DNA of 64,000 bases from an uncultured Microthrixaceae bacterium (GTDB lineage Bacteria > Actinomycetota > Acidimicrobiia > Acidimicrobiales > Acidimicrobilacustridaceae), in the NCBI GenBank assembly GCA_963740985.1, contig CAVUGJ010000002.1:4591105-4655104 (forward strand), in the 5' to 3' direction. The translations under genes were made by a program, and so were the position numbers. A model generated the notes under the pieces. It made no database searches. It was given only the letters and a program-made list of their open reading frames with translations, and had not been told where the DNA came from. Below are positions 10,136 through 18,823 of the stretch, in pieces (within the stretch, counting starts at the first letter, position 1; each line of letters starts with the position of its first letter).

Positions 10136-11725
10136 TCAGATCACGTAGCGGTCGGCCAGGGCCAGGTCCGCGTCGGCGAAGTTGCGCAGGGCCGGCTGGG
10201 TGGCCACTCGGGGGGTGGTGATCAGCCCGCGGAAGGTTCCGTCGTCCAGGCCTCGTGCCAGGTACTGGTCGATGGCCGACCACTGGACGAGCCACTTGTC
10301 CATGGCATCGTCGCCGCCGGCCTGGGCCGGGTCCGGGATGTCGGCCAGGATGCGGCCGAAGGCCCGCCGGTGCACGGCCAGGGCGTGGGTGCAGGTCACC
10401 GGTCCGCAGGTCTGGAGCCACTGGCATCCGTCGGCCAGGGGGAACTCCCGGGCGTGCACGCACGCGCCCAGGAAGCACAGGTCCCACTCCTGGTCGGCCA
10501 GCTCGCGGGTGGCGCCGGCCAGCACGTCCAGGGTGTCGTCCAGGAACACGGCGTCGTCCTCGAGGACCAACACGTTCTGGTAGCCGCGCCGGTCGGCCTC
10601 GGCGATCATGGCCCGCCACGACAGGGTGCAGCCCCGGTGGTGGTTGTCCGGGGTGGCCACCGCGGGGAAGCGCTCGACGCGCCAGGCGATGTCGAGCACC
10701 GCGTAGCGGTGCTGCGCGGCCTGCCAGCGGTCGGTGGCGTCGTCGAGGTTGAGGGCGAAGATGGCGTCGAAGAAGGAGAACGGGTTGGCCACCTGGCGAG
10801 CGGTCTGATCCAGGATGGCCTGGGGGTCGGCCTCCGGCAGGGCGCCCAGGTGCTGGCGGAAGTGGTCCTCCATGGGGGCGACGTCCCATCCCACCTCCCC
10901 CCAACCCAGGCGGTAGTTGCGGATGCGATCCTCCCAGGTGGGCCGGTAGGGCGGACCGCTGGGCCGGGTGAAGCGGTGAGCCCAGCGCACGTCGGGATGG
11001 CACAGCACCCGCCCGCCGCCCTGGCGGACCTTCTCGTGCAGGTACCCCTCCTCGCCGCCGAACCCTCGCAGTCGGGGATTGAGGCCGGGCCAGGCGTCGG
11101 TGCGGCAGGCGAAGAGCCCCAGTCCCTGCATCCCGATGTCGAAGGGCTCCACGCCGGGTTCGTCGATCCGGGGATCGGTGGCCCACTGCCCGTACATCCC
11201 TCCGCCCCAGGTGCCGGCGAAGTGGGTGCCCACCACGTGGCTCAGATCGTCGGAAAGCAACGGACCCTGGATCAGGTCGCGGCTGTCGGGGTGGCGGTCG
11301 AACCAGTCGAGGATGGCGGCCAGGCCGCCGGGGGCCACCAGCACGTGCGAGTCCACGCAGACCACCACGTCGGCGTCGGCCTGGCGGAAGATGAGGTCGC
11401 GGGCGGCGGTGGACCGGTACCCCCGGAAGGGGATGTAGCGCAGCCCGGGCACCCGCTGATCCAGTCCCTTGAGGTCGTGCGCGGCCTCGCCTTCGGGATG
11501 GTTGTCCAGGATCACGAAGCTGAGATCGTCGGCCACCTCGGGGTGGTACAGGCGGATGGCCTGCACCGTGAACCACACCCCGTCGAAGTCGTCGAAGGTG
11601 GCCATGCCCACACACAGGCGGCGATGGCCGACCGGTGGGGTGGCGTCGGGGATGACCCGGGTGGCCTCGTCGGCTTCGGCCAGCTTGCGGGTGAGCTCGC
11701 CGAGGAGCTGCTGAGCGTTGGACAC
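10136..11725 (-). CDS. Two-domain glycosyltransferase (N-terminal GT2-like, C-terminal GT25-like)
   Basis: N-terminal half: CVGMATFDDFDGVWFTVQAIRLYHP...FVILDNHPEG...VCVDSHVLV. C-terminal half: FDAIFALNLDDATDRW...HRGCTLSWRAMIAEA...VLVLEDDAVF (GT25-like pattern). Confidence 0.7.
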   Translation of the reverse strand: MSNAQQLLGELTRKLAEADEATRVIPDATPPVGHRRLCVGMATFDDFDGVWFTVQAIRLYHPEVADDLSFVILDNHPEGEAAHDLKGLDQRVPGLRYIPFRGYRSTAARDLIFRQADADVVVCVDSHVLVAPGGLAAILDWFDRHPDSRDLIQGPLLSDDLSHVVGTHFAGTWGGGMYGQWATDPRIDEPGVEPFDIGMQGLGLFACRTDAWPGLNPRLRGFGGEEGYLHEKVRQGGGRVLCHPDVRWAHRFTRPSGPPYRPTWEDRIRNYRLGWGEVGWDVAPMEDHFRQHLGALPEADPQAILDQTARQVANPFSFFDAIFALNLDDATDRWQAAQHRYAVLDIAWRVERFPAVATPDNHHRGCTLSWRAMIAEADRRGYQNVLVLEDDAVFLDDTLDVLAGATRELADQEWDLCFLGACVHAREFPLADGCQWLQTCGPVTCTHALAVHRRAFGRILADIPDPAQAGGDDAMDKWLVQWSAIDQYLARGLDDGTFRGLITTPRVATQPALRNFADADLALADRYVI

Positions 11726-11743
11726 GGGTGGTCGGTCGAGGCC

Positions 11744-12124
11744 CTAGAAGAGCCCGTTGCCGCCGCGGTAGGCGGCGGCGGCCGAGGCGTAGCGGGCATC
11801 GTCGGAGGCCACGAACTGCCCTTCGTCGTCCCACATCCCGTCCAGGGGGAGTAGGGGAGCCCCGGTCTGGTGGTCGAAGTCGTCGCCGTGGGCACCGGGG
11901 TCATCGCTGGGCCGCGTGAGCTCGATCGTGGGCCGCAGCCGGTCCCACCAGACGCCGTAGGGGAGGTGGCGGGCCCGGACCGTCACCGCGCCGAGGTGGT
12001 CGCGGGCGCTGGCCAGGGCCACGTAGGTGGTGAACGGGAACGGCTCGTCGGTCCGCTCGGTGCCCACCACCGCCACGCCCGCCATCTCGGCACGCCGTGC
12101 GTCCTGGCCCATGTCCCCTATCAT
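11744..12124 (-). CDS. Hypothetical protein (about 126 aa, no recognisable family)
   Basis: Very high GC3 on the minus strand (...PFPFTTYVALASARDHLGAVTVRARHLPYGVWWDRLRPTIELTR...GGNGLF*). Co-directional with the glycosyltransferase 18 bp downstream. Start is ATG 12124 or 12112. Confidence 0.55.
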   Translation of the reverse strand: MIGDMGQDARRAEMAGVAVVGTERTDEPFPFTTYVALASARDHLGAVTVRARHLPYGVWWDRLRPTIELTRPSDDPGAHGDDFDHQTGAPLLPLDGMWDDEGQFVASDDARYASAAAAYRGGNGLF

Positions 12125-12133
12125 GCCAGCCCC

Positions 12134-12403
12134 ATGGCCAGCTCCCCGACCGACCGACCGGTGCGCACCGATGGCCTCGAGATCAACGAGGTGGCCGATG
12201 GACTGGTGGTCTACCAGGCCGCGCCCGAGCGGGTGCACTACCTGAACAACACCGCCGCGGTCGTCTTCGAGCTGTGTGACGGCGCCCGCACCGTGCCCGA
12301 GATCGCCGATGCGGTGGGCGAGCTCTTCTCGCTGACGCGCGCCCCCACGGCCGAGGTCGAGGCCTGCCTGGTGGAGCTGGCGGCCAAGGGGGTCGTGCAA
12401 TAG
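12134..12403 (+). CDS. PqqD family protein (RiPP-recognition-element type peptide chaperone)
   Basis: MASSPTDRPVRTDGLEINEVADGLVVYQAAPERVHYLNNTAAVVFELCDGARTVPEIADAVGELF...EVEACLVELAAKGVV is a classic PqqD pattern (xLNxTAxxIWxLCDG). The part of track ORF 11870.. upstream of 12134 is antisense to the neighbouring gene. Confidence 0.8.
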   Translation: MASSPTDRPVRTDGLEINEVADGLVVYQAAPERVHYLNNTAAVVFELCDGARTVPEIADAVGELFSLTRAPTAEVEACLVELAAKGVVQ

Positions 12404-12414
12404 TCCGCTTCCGG

Positions 12415-13269
12415 TTGCTGTGGCACGAGATCGTGATCGACGTGGACGGGGCAGGCCCCGAGGTGGTCGATCTCGTGCGCTACCTGGTGTCGTCCGCCGA
12501 ACACCCGCTCGATGCCCTGGCCCCCATGCACTACCGCGTGCGTGCCGTCGACCACGGGTGGATGGTGGAGGAGGAGGGGGATCACCTCGAGACGCTGGAC
12601 GATCCCGAGGCGCTGCTCGACCTGCTCTATCGCCGGGTGCACCAGCGGGCCTTCGAGTTGGCGTCGCTGCGAGGCTGGGTACGGCTGCACGCGGCGGTGA
12701 TCGATTTGCGGCCGGACGCCGGGTCCGACCCGGTGCGGCTGGCGCTGGTCGCCCCTTCGGGGACGGGCAAGACCACGCTGGCCTGTCGCCTCCTGCTCGA
12801 CGGGCAGGAGGCGCCGGCCGACGAGAGCACCCTGGTGCGTGACGGCGTGGCGTTGCCCGTGGCTCGCCGGTTCCACCTCAAGCCCGGCCTGGAGGACGTG
12901 GTCACGGGACTGGCCGCCCACACGGTCGGCCTGCCCAGCCTGGCCGACGGGTCGGTCCGGGCGTTCGATCCCGCCGTGGCCGGATTCACCTGGGTGGTGC
13001 AGGAGCGTCCCGTCGATCACGTCGTCCTGGTGGAGCGCCACGCACCCGGGGCATCGGATTCGGTCGCCGCCATGCCCACCTGGCTGGAGCCGACCAGCGC
13101 GGTGGAGGCCATGCCCGTGCTGGTGGATCAGTCGTTCCCCCACCTGGAGCCCACCGGGGAGTTGCTGGCCCAGGTGGCCACCCTGCTGCGCCAGGCGCAG
13201 TGTTGGCGCCTCGGTTTGGGCTCGCTACCCGAGGCCAGCATCCTCCTACGGGATCTGGCCAGCCGCTAG
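12415..13269 (+). CDS. HPr kinase-related P-loop protein (HprK-related kinase)
   Basis: 284 aa with Walker A LVAPSGTGKTTLA in the C-terminal half. Size and context (PqqD upstream, nucleotidyltransferase downstream) match HprK-like kinases of RiPP-type clusters. Confidence 0.65.
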   Translation: MLWHEIVIDVDGAGPEVVDLVRYLVSSAEHPLDALAPMHYRVRAVDHGWMVEEEGDHLETLDDPEALLDLLYRRVHQRAFELASLRGWVRLHAAVIDLRPDAGSDPVRLALVAPSGTGKTTLACRLLLDGQEAPADESTLVRDGVALPVARRFHLKPGLEDVVTGLAAHTVGLPSLADGSVRAFDPAVAGFTWVVQERPVDHVVLVERHAPGASDSVAAMPTWLEPTSAVEAMPVLVDQSFPHLEPTGELLAQVATLLRQAQCWRLGLGSLPEASILLRDLASR

Positions 13270-13357
13270 CATCTCTGGCCAATGTGTCTGAGGCGTTCGC
13301 GCCCAGGCGAGCTGATCTGTTCGGACAGCAAGATTCGTCGAAAGAGGTTGGGTGCAC

Positions 13358-13650
13358 ATGAGCGAGCAGTCGGAAACCGATCCCCTGGGGGGAGACCGCC
13401 GAGCTTTTTGAAGAAGATGGCCGTGGCGGGCTTCGCGGTTCCCGCGGTGGCGACCTTCTCGACCGTCGGCATCGAGGCCGCGTTCGCCCAGACGGCCAAC
13501 GCCTCGGGTACGACCACGACCACGGCGGCCAGCCCGACCACCACCGCCGCCTCCACCACCACGGCCGCGCCGACCACGACGACGACCACCACGGTCCCGC
13601 CGACCACGACGACGACCACGACCACCACCACCCCCGAAATTCCGCGGTGA
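13358..13650 (+). CDS. Small poly-Thr/Pro protein with a twin-arginine signal (about 97 aa once a -1 shift at the T5 run 13405-13409 is applied)
   Basis: ATG 13358 (GAGG 10 nt upstream) gives MSEQSETDPLGGDRRAF, then TGA. Shifting -1 in the TTTTT run gives DRRAFLKKMAVAGFAVPAVATFSTVGIEAAFA|QTANASG... (Tat consensus, h-region, AxA site). The predicted mature part is 53 aa with 29 Thr. Without the shift the ORF starts at ATG 13417. Confidence 0.6.
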
Positions 13651-13687
13651 GGTCGGGCGAGCGCCGAGCTCGCCGTCGACCGGGTTC

Positions 13688-14896
13688 GTGAGCCGCCCGC
13701 CGTCCCAAGCCGTCACCGCGGACGAACGTCAGCTCCTCGCCGCCGCCTTGCACCCAGTCGGGTCGGGCGGCGGCACCGCGTCCGGCCCCGCCTGGCATCG
13801 CCGGGCCTGGGACGGTCCGGCCGGCGCGGGCGCACTGCACCTGGCCGCAGCCCACGATCTGTTGCCGGCCCTGTGGCGGGCCGAGGTGGACCGGGGCACC
13901 TGGACCGAGTTGCCCCCCGACGCCTTCGACGTGGTGCGGACCCGCTTCGCCGGTGGCACCACCCAGCCCGCCCTGCTGGCGCAGCAGGCCCATGCCGCCA
14001 ACCGGGTCCGGGTGGCCGACCTGCTCGACCAGGGCTCGGCAGTGCTCGACGCTCTGGCTGAGGCAGGCATCGATGCGGTGCCGCTGAAGGGGCTGCACGC
14101 GCTCCTTGCCGGCTGGTGGGCCGATCCGGCCAGCCGAGTCATGCGCGACCTCGACGTCCTGGTGGGCGAGACCCAGGCCAACGCGGCCGAGGCGGTGCTG
14201 TCGGGGTTGGGCTACGAGCCGCTGGCTACGGGGCACGACGACTACGGCGACCACGAACGACCGGCTCTGCACCTGCCCCGACGCGACGGCTCCGTCGAGC
14301 TGCACACCGCGCTGGTGGTGTCGCGCTGGCAAGCGGTCCTGCCCGCGTCCGGCGTGCTGGCGGCGGGAGCGCCCCTGTCCACCACCGACGCGGTGATCCA
14401 CTCGATCGCCCACGCCCAACTCCACGACGAGGCGCACCTGCTGGCCCGGCTGCCGTGGCGGGCGCTGCACGAGCTGGCGGTGGTGGCCCGGGGCCCCAGC
14501 GGGCCGGAGGTCGACTGGGATCGGGTACGCCGCCAGTTCACCGCCGTGGGGGCGGTCGCCGCGCTCGACGCCCATCTGTGGCTGGCCATCGACCTCTTCG
14601 CAGCGGAGGTGCCCCGTCCCGCGGGCACGTGGCGCCCCCGTCTGCACCAGTGGTGGAGCGAGACCCTCATGGCCCACCCATCGTGGGCACCGACCTACGA
14701 ATCGGCAGTGTTCGCGCCTCGTGCGCTCTCGGCGCCGCGGATGCGCCAGTTGTACGGCGAGGGCCCGTTGTGGGTGCTGCGGGGCCGGCACGTGACCACG
14801 GCGATGACGACGGCGGTGGCCGGGCGAATCGGCCGGGCCTCAGCCGGCCGAGCTCCAGGCCCTGGTCGACCTGAGCGACATGACCCGCTGAACTAG
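13688..14896 (+). CDS. Nucleotidyltransferase family protein (uncharacterised NTP_transf_5 type)
   Basis: 402 aa. ...GIDAVPLKGLHALLAGWWADPASRVMRDLDVLV...AVLSGLGYEP... matches the DxD/'DLDLLV' core of the PF14907-type family, from memory. Confidence 0.6.
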   Translation: MSRPPSQAVTADERQLLAAALHPVGSGGGTASGPAWHRRAWDGPAGAGALHLAAAHDLLPALWRAEVDRGTWTELPPDAFDVVRTRFAGGTTQPALLAQQAHAANRVRVADLLDQGSAVLDALAEAGIDAVPLKGLHALLAGWWADPASRVMRDLDVLVGETQANAAEAVLSGLGYEPLATGHDDYGDHERPALHLPRRDGSVELHTALVVSRWQAVLPASGVLAAGAPLSTTDAVIHSIAHAQLHDEAHLLARLPWRALHELAVVARGPSGPEVDWDRVRRQFTAVGAVAALDAHLWLAIDLFAAEVPRPAGTWRPRLHQWWSETLMAHPSWAPTYESAVFAPRALSAPRMRQLYGEGPLWVLRGRHVTTAMTTAVAGRIGRASAGRAPGPGRPERHDPLN

Positions 14897-15774
14897 GCCT
14901 GCGTCCCCATCCAGCTGGGTGAGGGAGCGGGGACCCGTTCGAGGGTCGAGCTCACGGGGCCGAACCGGTCCGATCCGGCCTGCCAGTCCTGCCAGGCCGA
15001 CTCCACCTCGGCCCTGTCCCGGGCCACGAAGTTCCACCACATGAGGATCTCCTGGTCGAACGGCGCGCCGCCCAGCAGGAGGGCCCGCGTGGGCTCGTCG
15101 GTGTCGAGGCGTAGTTCCTGGCGACCGGCCCCGAGGTACGCCAGCTCGTCGGATGCCACCCGGTTGCCGTCGACCACCACGTGGCCGGCCAGCACCACCA
15201 GGCCGTGCTCGTGGCCGGGCTCCAGGGGCAGCTCGACCCGTCCGGCCAGGGCCAGATCGGCGCCCATCACGTCGTGGTCGCGCCGGGCCGGCGAGGTGAC
15301 CTCGCCGAGCGTGCCCACCAGCACCTGGGCGTGGCCCTGGGTCAACTCGAGACGGGGGAGCTCGGCGTGGTGCTCGAACGCGGCCGGACCGTGGCGGGTG
15401 GCGTCGGGCTGGGCCACCCAGAGCTGAACGCCGTGGATGTTGGGCGCGGCCAGGCCGCGGCCGTCCTCGGCATGGGCCACGCCGCGGCCGGCCGTCATGA
15501 GGTTCAGCTGGCCCGGGCGGATGGGCTGGTCGGACCCGAGGCTGTCGGTGTGGACCAGCTCGCCGTCGAGCAGCCAGGTGACCGTCTGCAAACCCATGTG
15601 GGGGTGGGGCCCGATCCGGGTGGCCGTCTCGGGGGTGACGGGGGTGGGGCCGAAGTGGTCGAGAAAGCACCACGCCCCGATGGTGCGGTGGGTGCGTCGG
15701 GGCAGGGCTCGACGCACGGTCGCCCCACCCACCTGGGCCGTACGGCTGGAGGTGACCTCGACCACGGGTTCCAT
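14893..15774 (-). CDS. Pirin family protein
   Basis: MEPVVEV...AWCFLDHFGP...GPHPHMGLQTVTWLLDGELVHTDSLG...NLMTAGRGVAHAE is a bicupin pirin signature. The start is ATG 15774 inside the longer track ORF. Confidence 0.9.
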   Translation of the reverse strand: MEPVVEVTSSRTAQVGGATVRRALPRRTHRTIGAWCFLDHFGPTPVTPETATRIGPHPHMGLQTVTWLLDGELVHTDSLGSDQPIRPGQLNLMTAGRGVAHAEDGRGLAAPNIHGVQLWVAQPDATRHGPAAFEHHAELPRLELTQGHAQVLVGTLGEVTSPARRDHDVMGADLALAGRVELPLEPGHEHGLVVLAGHVVVDGNRVASDELAYLGAGRQELRLDTDEPTRALLLGGAPFDQEILMWWNFVARDRAEVESAWQDWQAGSDRFGPVSSTLERVPAPSPSWMGTQA

Positions 15775-15928
15775 CTGCCCATTCTGCCGGGACGACGATC
15801 GCTCACGTCCAGGGGGAGCGGACCGAGTGGCGCCGAGGGCTCGATGGCCCCAGACTGACCGGGCAGACCGAGCGGATACGGGCCCTGGCCGGCTCCCTCG
15901 GGCGACCGACGATGGGGGACCTTCACGC

Positions 15929-17530
15929 ATGCATCGTGCCTCGCGGCTCCTGGTCATCGCCGTGGTGTTGGCCGGCGTGACCCTGGTATCCACCGCCCCG
16001 GCCCACGGCCGTGCCTCGGCGGCGCCCGCATCCCGGCTGGTCCGGGTCGGGGCCACCGATCTGGCCGCCGACGGTCCCATCGGCCACCAGGGCCGGTGGC
16101 TGACCGACGCGTCGGGGCGGGTGGTCATGCTCCACGGCGTCAACCTGGTGGCCAAGGGCATGCAGTCCCCGGCCCAGCGCGGCTTCGACGACGACGACAT
16201 CGCCTGGCTGGCCGACAACGACTTCGACGTGGTCCGCCTGGGCCTGGTGGCCGCCGACGTGATGCCCACCCCGGGTGTGATCGACACGGCCTATCTGGAC
16301 TCGTTCCAGTCCACCGTGAACAAGCTCACCGCCGCTGGCGTCCTGGTGCTGGTCGACCTGCACCAGGACGGCTGGGGGCCGACGTTGGGCTCTGACGGCT
16401 TCCCGGACTGGATGACCATCACCAACGGCGCCACCAACACCCACACCGGGTTCCCGCTGTACTACCTGACCAACCCGGCCATCCAGGCTGCCTTCGACAG
16501 CTTCTGGACCGACGCCGCCGGCCCCGGAGGCGTGACGCTGCAGGACCGGGTGGCGGCCATGTTCGGAGCCCTGGCCGACCGGTTCGCGTCCAATCCGGGG
16601 GTGCTCGGCTACGACCTCATCAACGAGCCCTGGCCGGGCTCTACCTTTGCCGACTGCATCAACCTGCCCGGCGGGTGCCCCACCCTCGACCACGACCGGT
16701 TGGACCCGTACTACGCCCGCATGGACACCGCCCTGAGGGCTGCAGGCGACCACCACCTCGCGTTCGCCGAGCCGTGGACGTTGTTCAACTTCGGTCAGTC
16801 ACAGACCAACATCGGCTTACCCGGCAGCGACCCCGACAGCGGCATGGCCTTTCACTCCTACACCGCCGACGTCGCTCGGGAGCCTGATGTCCTGGCCAAC
16901 GCCCAGGCCTGGTCGACCAGCACCGGCGGCGCGCTGGTGGAGGGTGAGTTCGGAGCCACCCAGGACCCGACCTCCATCGATCGGCAGGTGGACGAGACCG
17001 ACGGGGCCCTGGTGCCGTGGATCTGGTGGTCCTACGACGAGGAGGTGGTGCCGGACCTGACCTTGCCGCCAGGTGGGAGCAACCTCAACGCCGCGGTGGC
17101 CGACGCCCTGATCCGCCCCCATCCGGTGCTGGTGGCGGGCACACCCACCTCCCAGGCCTTCGACGGGTCCACCCGGACGATGACGCTCACCCAGTCCACG
17201 ACGACGCCGAACGGGGAGCCGTCCGCCCCCGGCACGGCCACGGTGGTCGAGGTGCCCGTCCGGCCCTATCCCGACGGGTGGCACGCGGTGGTCACGGGCG
17301 GGACCGTCACCTCGGCACCGAACGTGAGCCCGTTGACGGTGGTGCCCGATCCCGGAGCCTCCACCATGTCGATCACCGTGGAGCCAGGCGCCGCGCCCGT
17401 CACCACGACCGAGGCCCCCACGACGACGGCGGCCCCCGGCGGCTCGTCGACCACCACTGTGGCCCCCGCCGGGGTGCTGCCCGAGCCGGTGGCCGTGCCC
17501 GTGGCCGGCGAGCCGGCGTTCACGGGCTGA
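15929..17530 (+). CDS. Secreted glycoside hydrolase family 5 (endoglycosylceramidase/cellulase-like) with a Thr/Pro-rich C-terminal tail
   Basis: Signal peptide MHRASRLLVIAVVLAGVTLVSTAPAHG. GVNLVAKG..., DLINEPW (acid/base Glu) and EGEFG (nucleophile Glu) are present. The C-terminus reads VTTTEAPTTTAAPGGSSTTT. Confidence 0.8.
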   Translation: MHRASRLLVIAVVLAGVTLVSTAPAHGRASAAPASRLVRVGATDLAADGPIGHQGRWLTDASGRVVMLHGVNLVAKGMQSPAQRGFDDDDIAWLADNDFDVVRLGLVAADVMPTPGVIDTAYLDSFQSTVNKLTAAGVLVLVDLHQDGWGPTLGSDGFPDWMTITNGATNTHTGFPLYYLTNPAIQAAFDSFWTDAAGPGGVTLQDRVAAMFGALADRFASNPGVLGYDLINEPWPGSTFADCINLPGGCPTLDHDRLDPYYARMDTALRAAGDHHLAFAEPWTLFNFGQSQTNIGLPGSDPDSGMAFHSYTADVAREPDVLANAQAWSTSTGGALVEGEFGATQDPTSIDRQVDETDGALVPWIWWSYDEEVVPDLTLPPGGSNLNAAVADALIRPHPVLVAGTPTSQAFDGSTRTMTLTQSTTTPNGEPSAPGTATVVEVPVRPYPDGWHAVVTGGTVTSAPNVSPLTVVPDPGASTMSITVEPGAAPVTTTEAPTTTAAPGGSSTTTVAPAGVLPEPVAVPVAGEPAFTG

Positions 17531-17545
17531 GCCGAAACCCGCCGA

Positions 17546-18820
17546 TCAGAACAGCCCGTCGCCCCAGTGCTGGCCCCGGCTGAGACCCGGCGGGCACGCG
17601 AACAGCGCGCCGCCCGTGTGCTTGATGTACTCGTTGAGGGCGTCGTGGACTCCGAGGCGTTGCTGGAGCTGGATGAATTGAGCCGGCCGCTTCATGTAGG
17701 CCAGGAAGAACAGCCCACCGAGCAACGTGCCCCGGATCGGGTCGATGCCGTCGGTGTAGGAGTAGCCGCGGCGCAGGATGCGCAGCCCGGCGTTCTCCTC
17801 GGGGCTGGCCAGGCGGATGTGAGCGTCGGCGGGGATGACGGGTTGGCCGTCAGCGCCGTTGGCGCCGAAGTCGGGCGTGTCGAACTCGGCGTGGCCGGTC
17901 AGCGGGGCCCCCGACTCCTTGGCTCGGCCGATCACGTTCTCCTGGTCCGACAGCACGTCGCGGTCCCAGTTCTCGATGAACATCCGGATGCGCCGCGCCA
18001 CCAGGTACGACCCGCCCCGCAGCCAGGACTGGTCGGTCTCGTCGCCCACCCACACGTAGCCGTCCATCTGATCGGTGGCCTGGGCCTTGATGTTGCGGGT
18101 GCCGTCCTTGAAGCCCAGGAGGTTGCGGGGGGTGGCCTGGCTGGTGCTGGTGGTGGAGGTGCGACCGAACCCCAGCTCCATCCAGTTGTGCGCGACCACG
18201 CCCATGCCCAGGCGGGCCAGGTTGCGCACGGCGTGGAAGGCCACCAGCGGGTCGTCCGAGCACGCCTGGATACACAGGTCGCCTCCGGTGTAGGCCGGAT
18301 CGAGCTCCTCGTTCGGCAAGGGTGGCAGGGTGGCCAGCAGGGCCGGCTTCCTGGCGGCCAGGCCGAGGCGCTCGTCGAAGAACGAGGGCCCGTACCCGAT
18401 GGTGATGGTCAGGCCGCCCACGGGGGAGCCGACCGCTTCGCCGGTGTCAAGTGGAGGTGCCTGGGGGTTCGAGCTGTCGCCCACCAGCTCGCCCCGGGTC
18501 ATCTTCTCGGCGGCGTCGGTCCAGTCGTGCAACAGATCCCGTACGTCGCTGGCCCGGACGCCGTCGACCAGGTTCAACGACCCGAAGGCCAGCCGGTCCT
18601 GGGCGGGGGTGGCGATGCCGGCCTGGTGGGGGCCGTAGAAGTCGACGGTGGACGACGACGGTTCCGTCGGGGCCTCGGTGGCGTTGGCCACCGCCACCCC
18701 GCTGCCCACCCCCACGGCCAGCGCGCCGCCCCCCACGGCACCCACGGTGGCCAGGAAGCGTCGGCGGGACACGCCTGTGTGCGGCGTCGGCTCCTGGTCG
18801 CCGCGGGCGTCGTCGGGCAC
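17546..18820 (-). CDS. efeB: Dyp-type peroxidase / deferrochelatase EfeB (Tat signal)
   Basis: SRRRFLATVGAVGGGALAVG is a twin-arginine signal and the C-terminus is Dyp-like (...GTLLGGLFFLAYM...). It is the last gene of the efeUOB arrangement. Confidence 0.85.
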   Translation of the reverse strand: MPDDARGDQEPTPHTGVSRRRFLATVGAVGGGALAVGVGSGVAVANATEAPTEPSSSTVDFYGPHQAGIATPAQDRLAFGSLNLVDGVRASDVRDLLHDWTDAAEKMTRGELVGDSSNPQAPPLDTGEAVGSPVGGLTITIGYGPSFFDERLGLAARKPALLATLPPLPNEELDPAYTGGDLCIQACSDDPLVAFHAVRNLARLGMGVVAHNWMELGFGRTSTTSTSQATPRNLLGFKDGTRNIKAQATDQMDGYVWVGDETDQSWLRGGSYLVARRIRMFIENWDRDVLSDQENVIGRAKESGAPLTGHAEFDTPDFGANGADGQPVIPADAHIRLASPEENAGLRILRRGYSYTDGIDPIRGTLLGGLFFLAYMKRPAQFIQLQQRLGVHDALNEYIKHTGGALFACPPGLSRGQHWGDGLF

Positions 18821-18823
18821 GGC

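Noticed and set aside
11870-12133. N-terminal 88 residues of track ORF 11870..12403 as part of the PqqD protein
   Set aside because: This stretch is antisense to the high-GC3 minus-strand gene 11744-12124. PqqD homology begins only at ATG 12134.
13405-13411. Programmed -1 ribosomal frameshift at GCU-UUU-UGA as the primary explanation for the split microprotein
   Set aside because: At least nine other genes in this window carry unprogrammed 1-nt frameshifts, so an indel in the T5 homopolymer is the more economical explanation. It is kept only as an alternative in the finding.
13266-13631. Minus-strand poly-Val ORF (MVVVVVVVVVGGTVVVV...)
   Set aside because: It is the antisense of the poly-Thr coding tract (ACC/ACG read as GGT/CGT-type codons) and has no start context.
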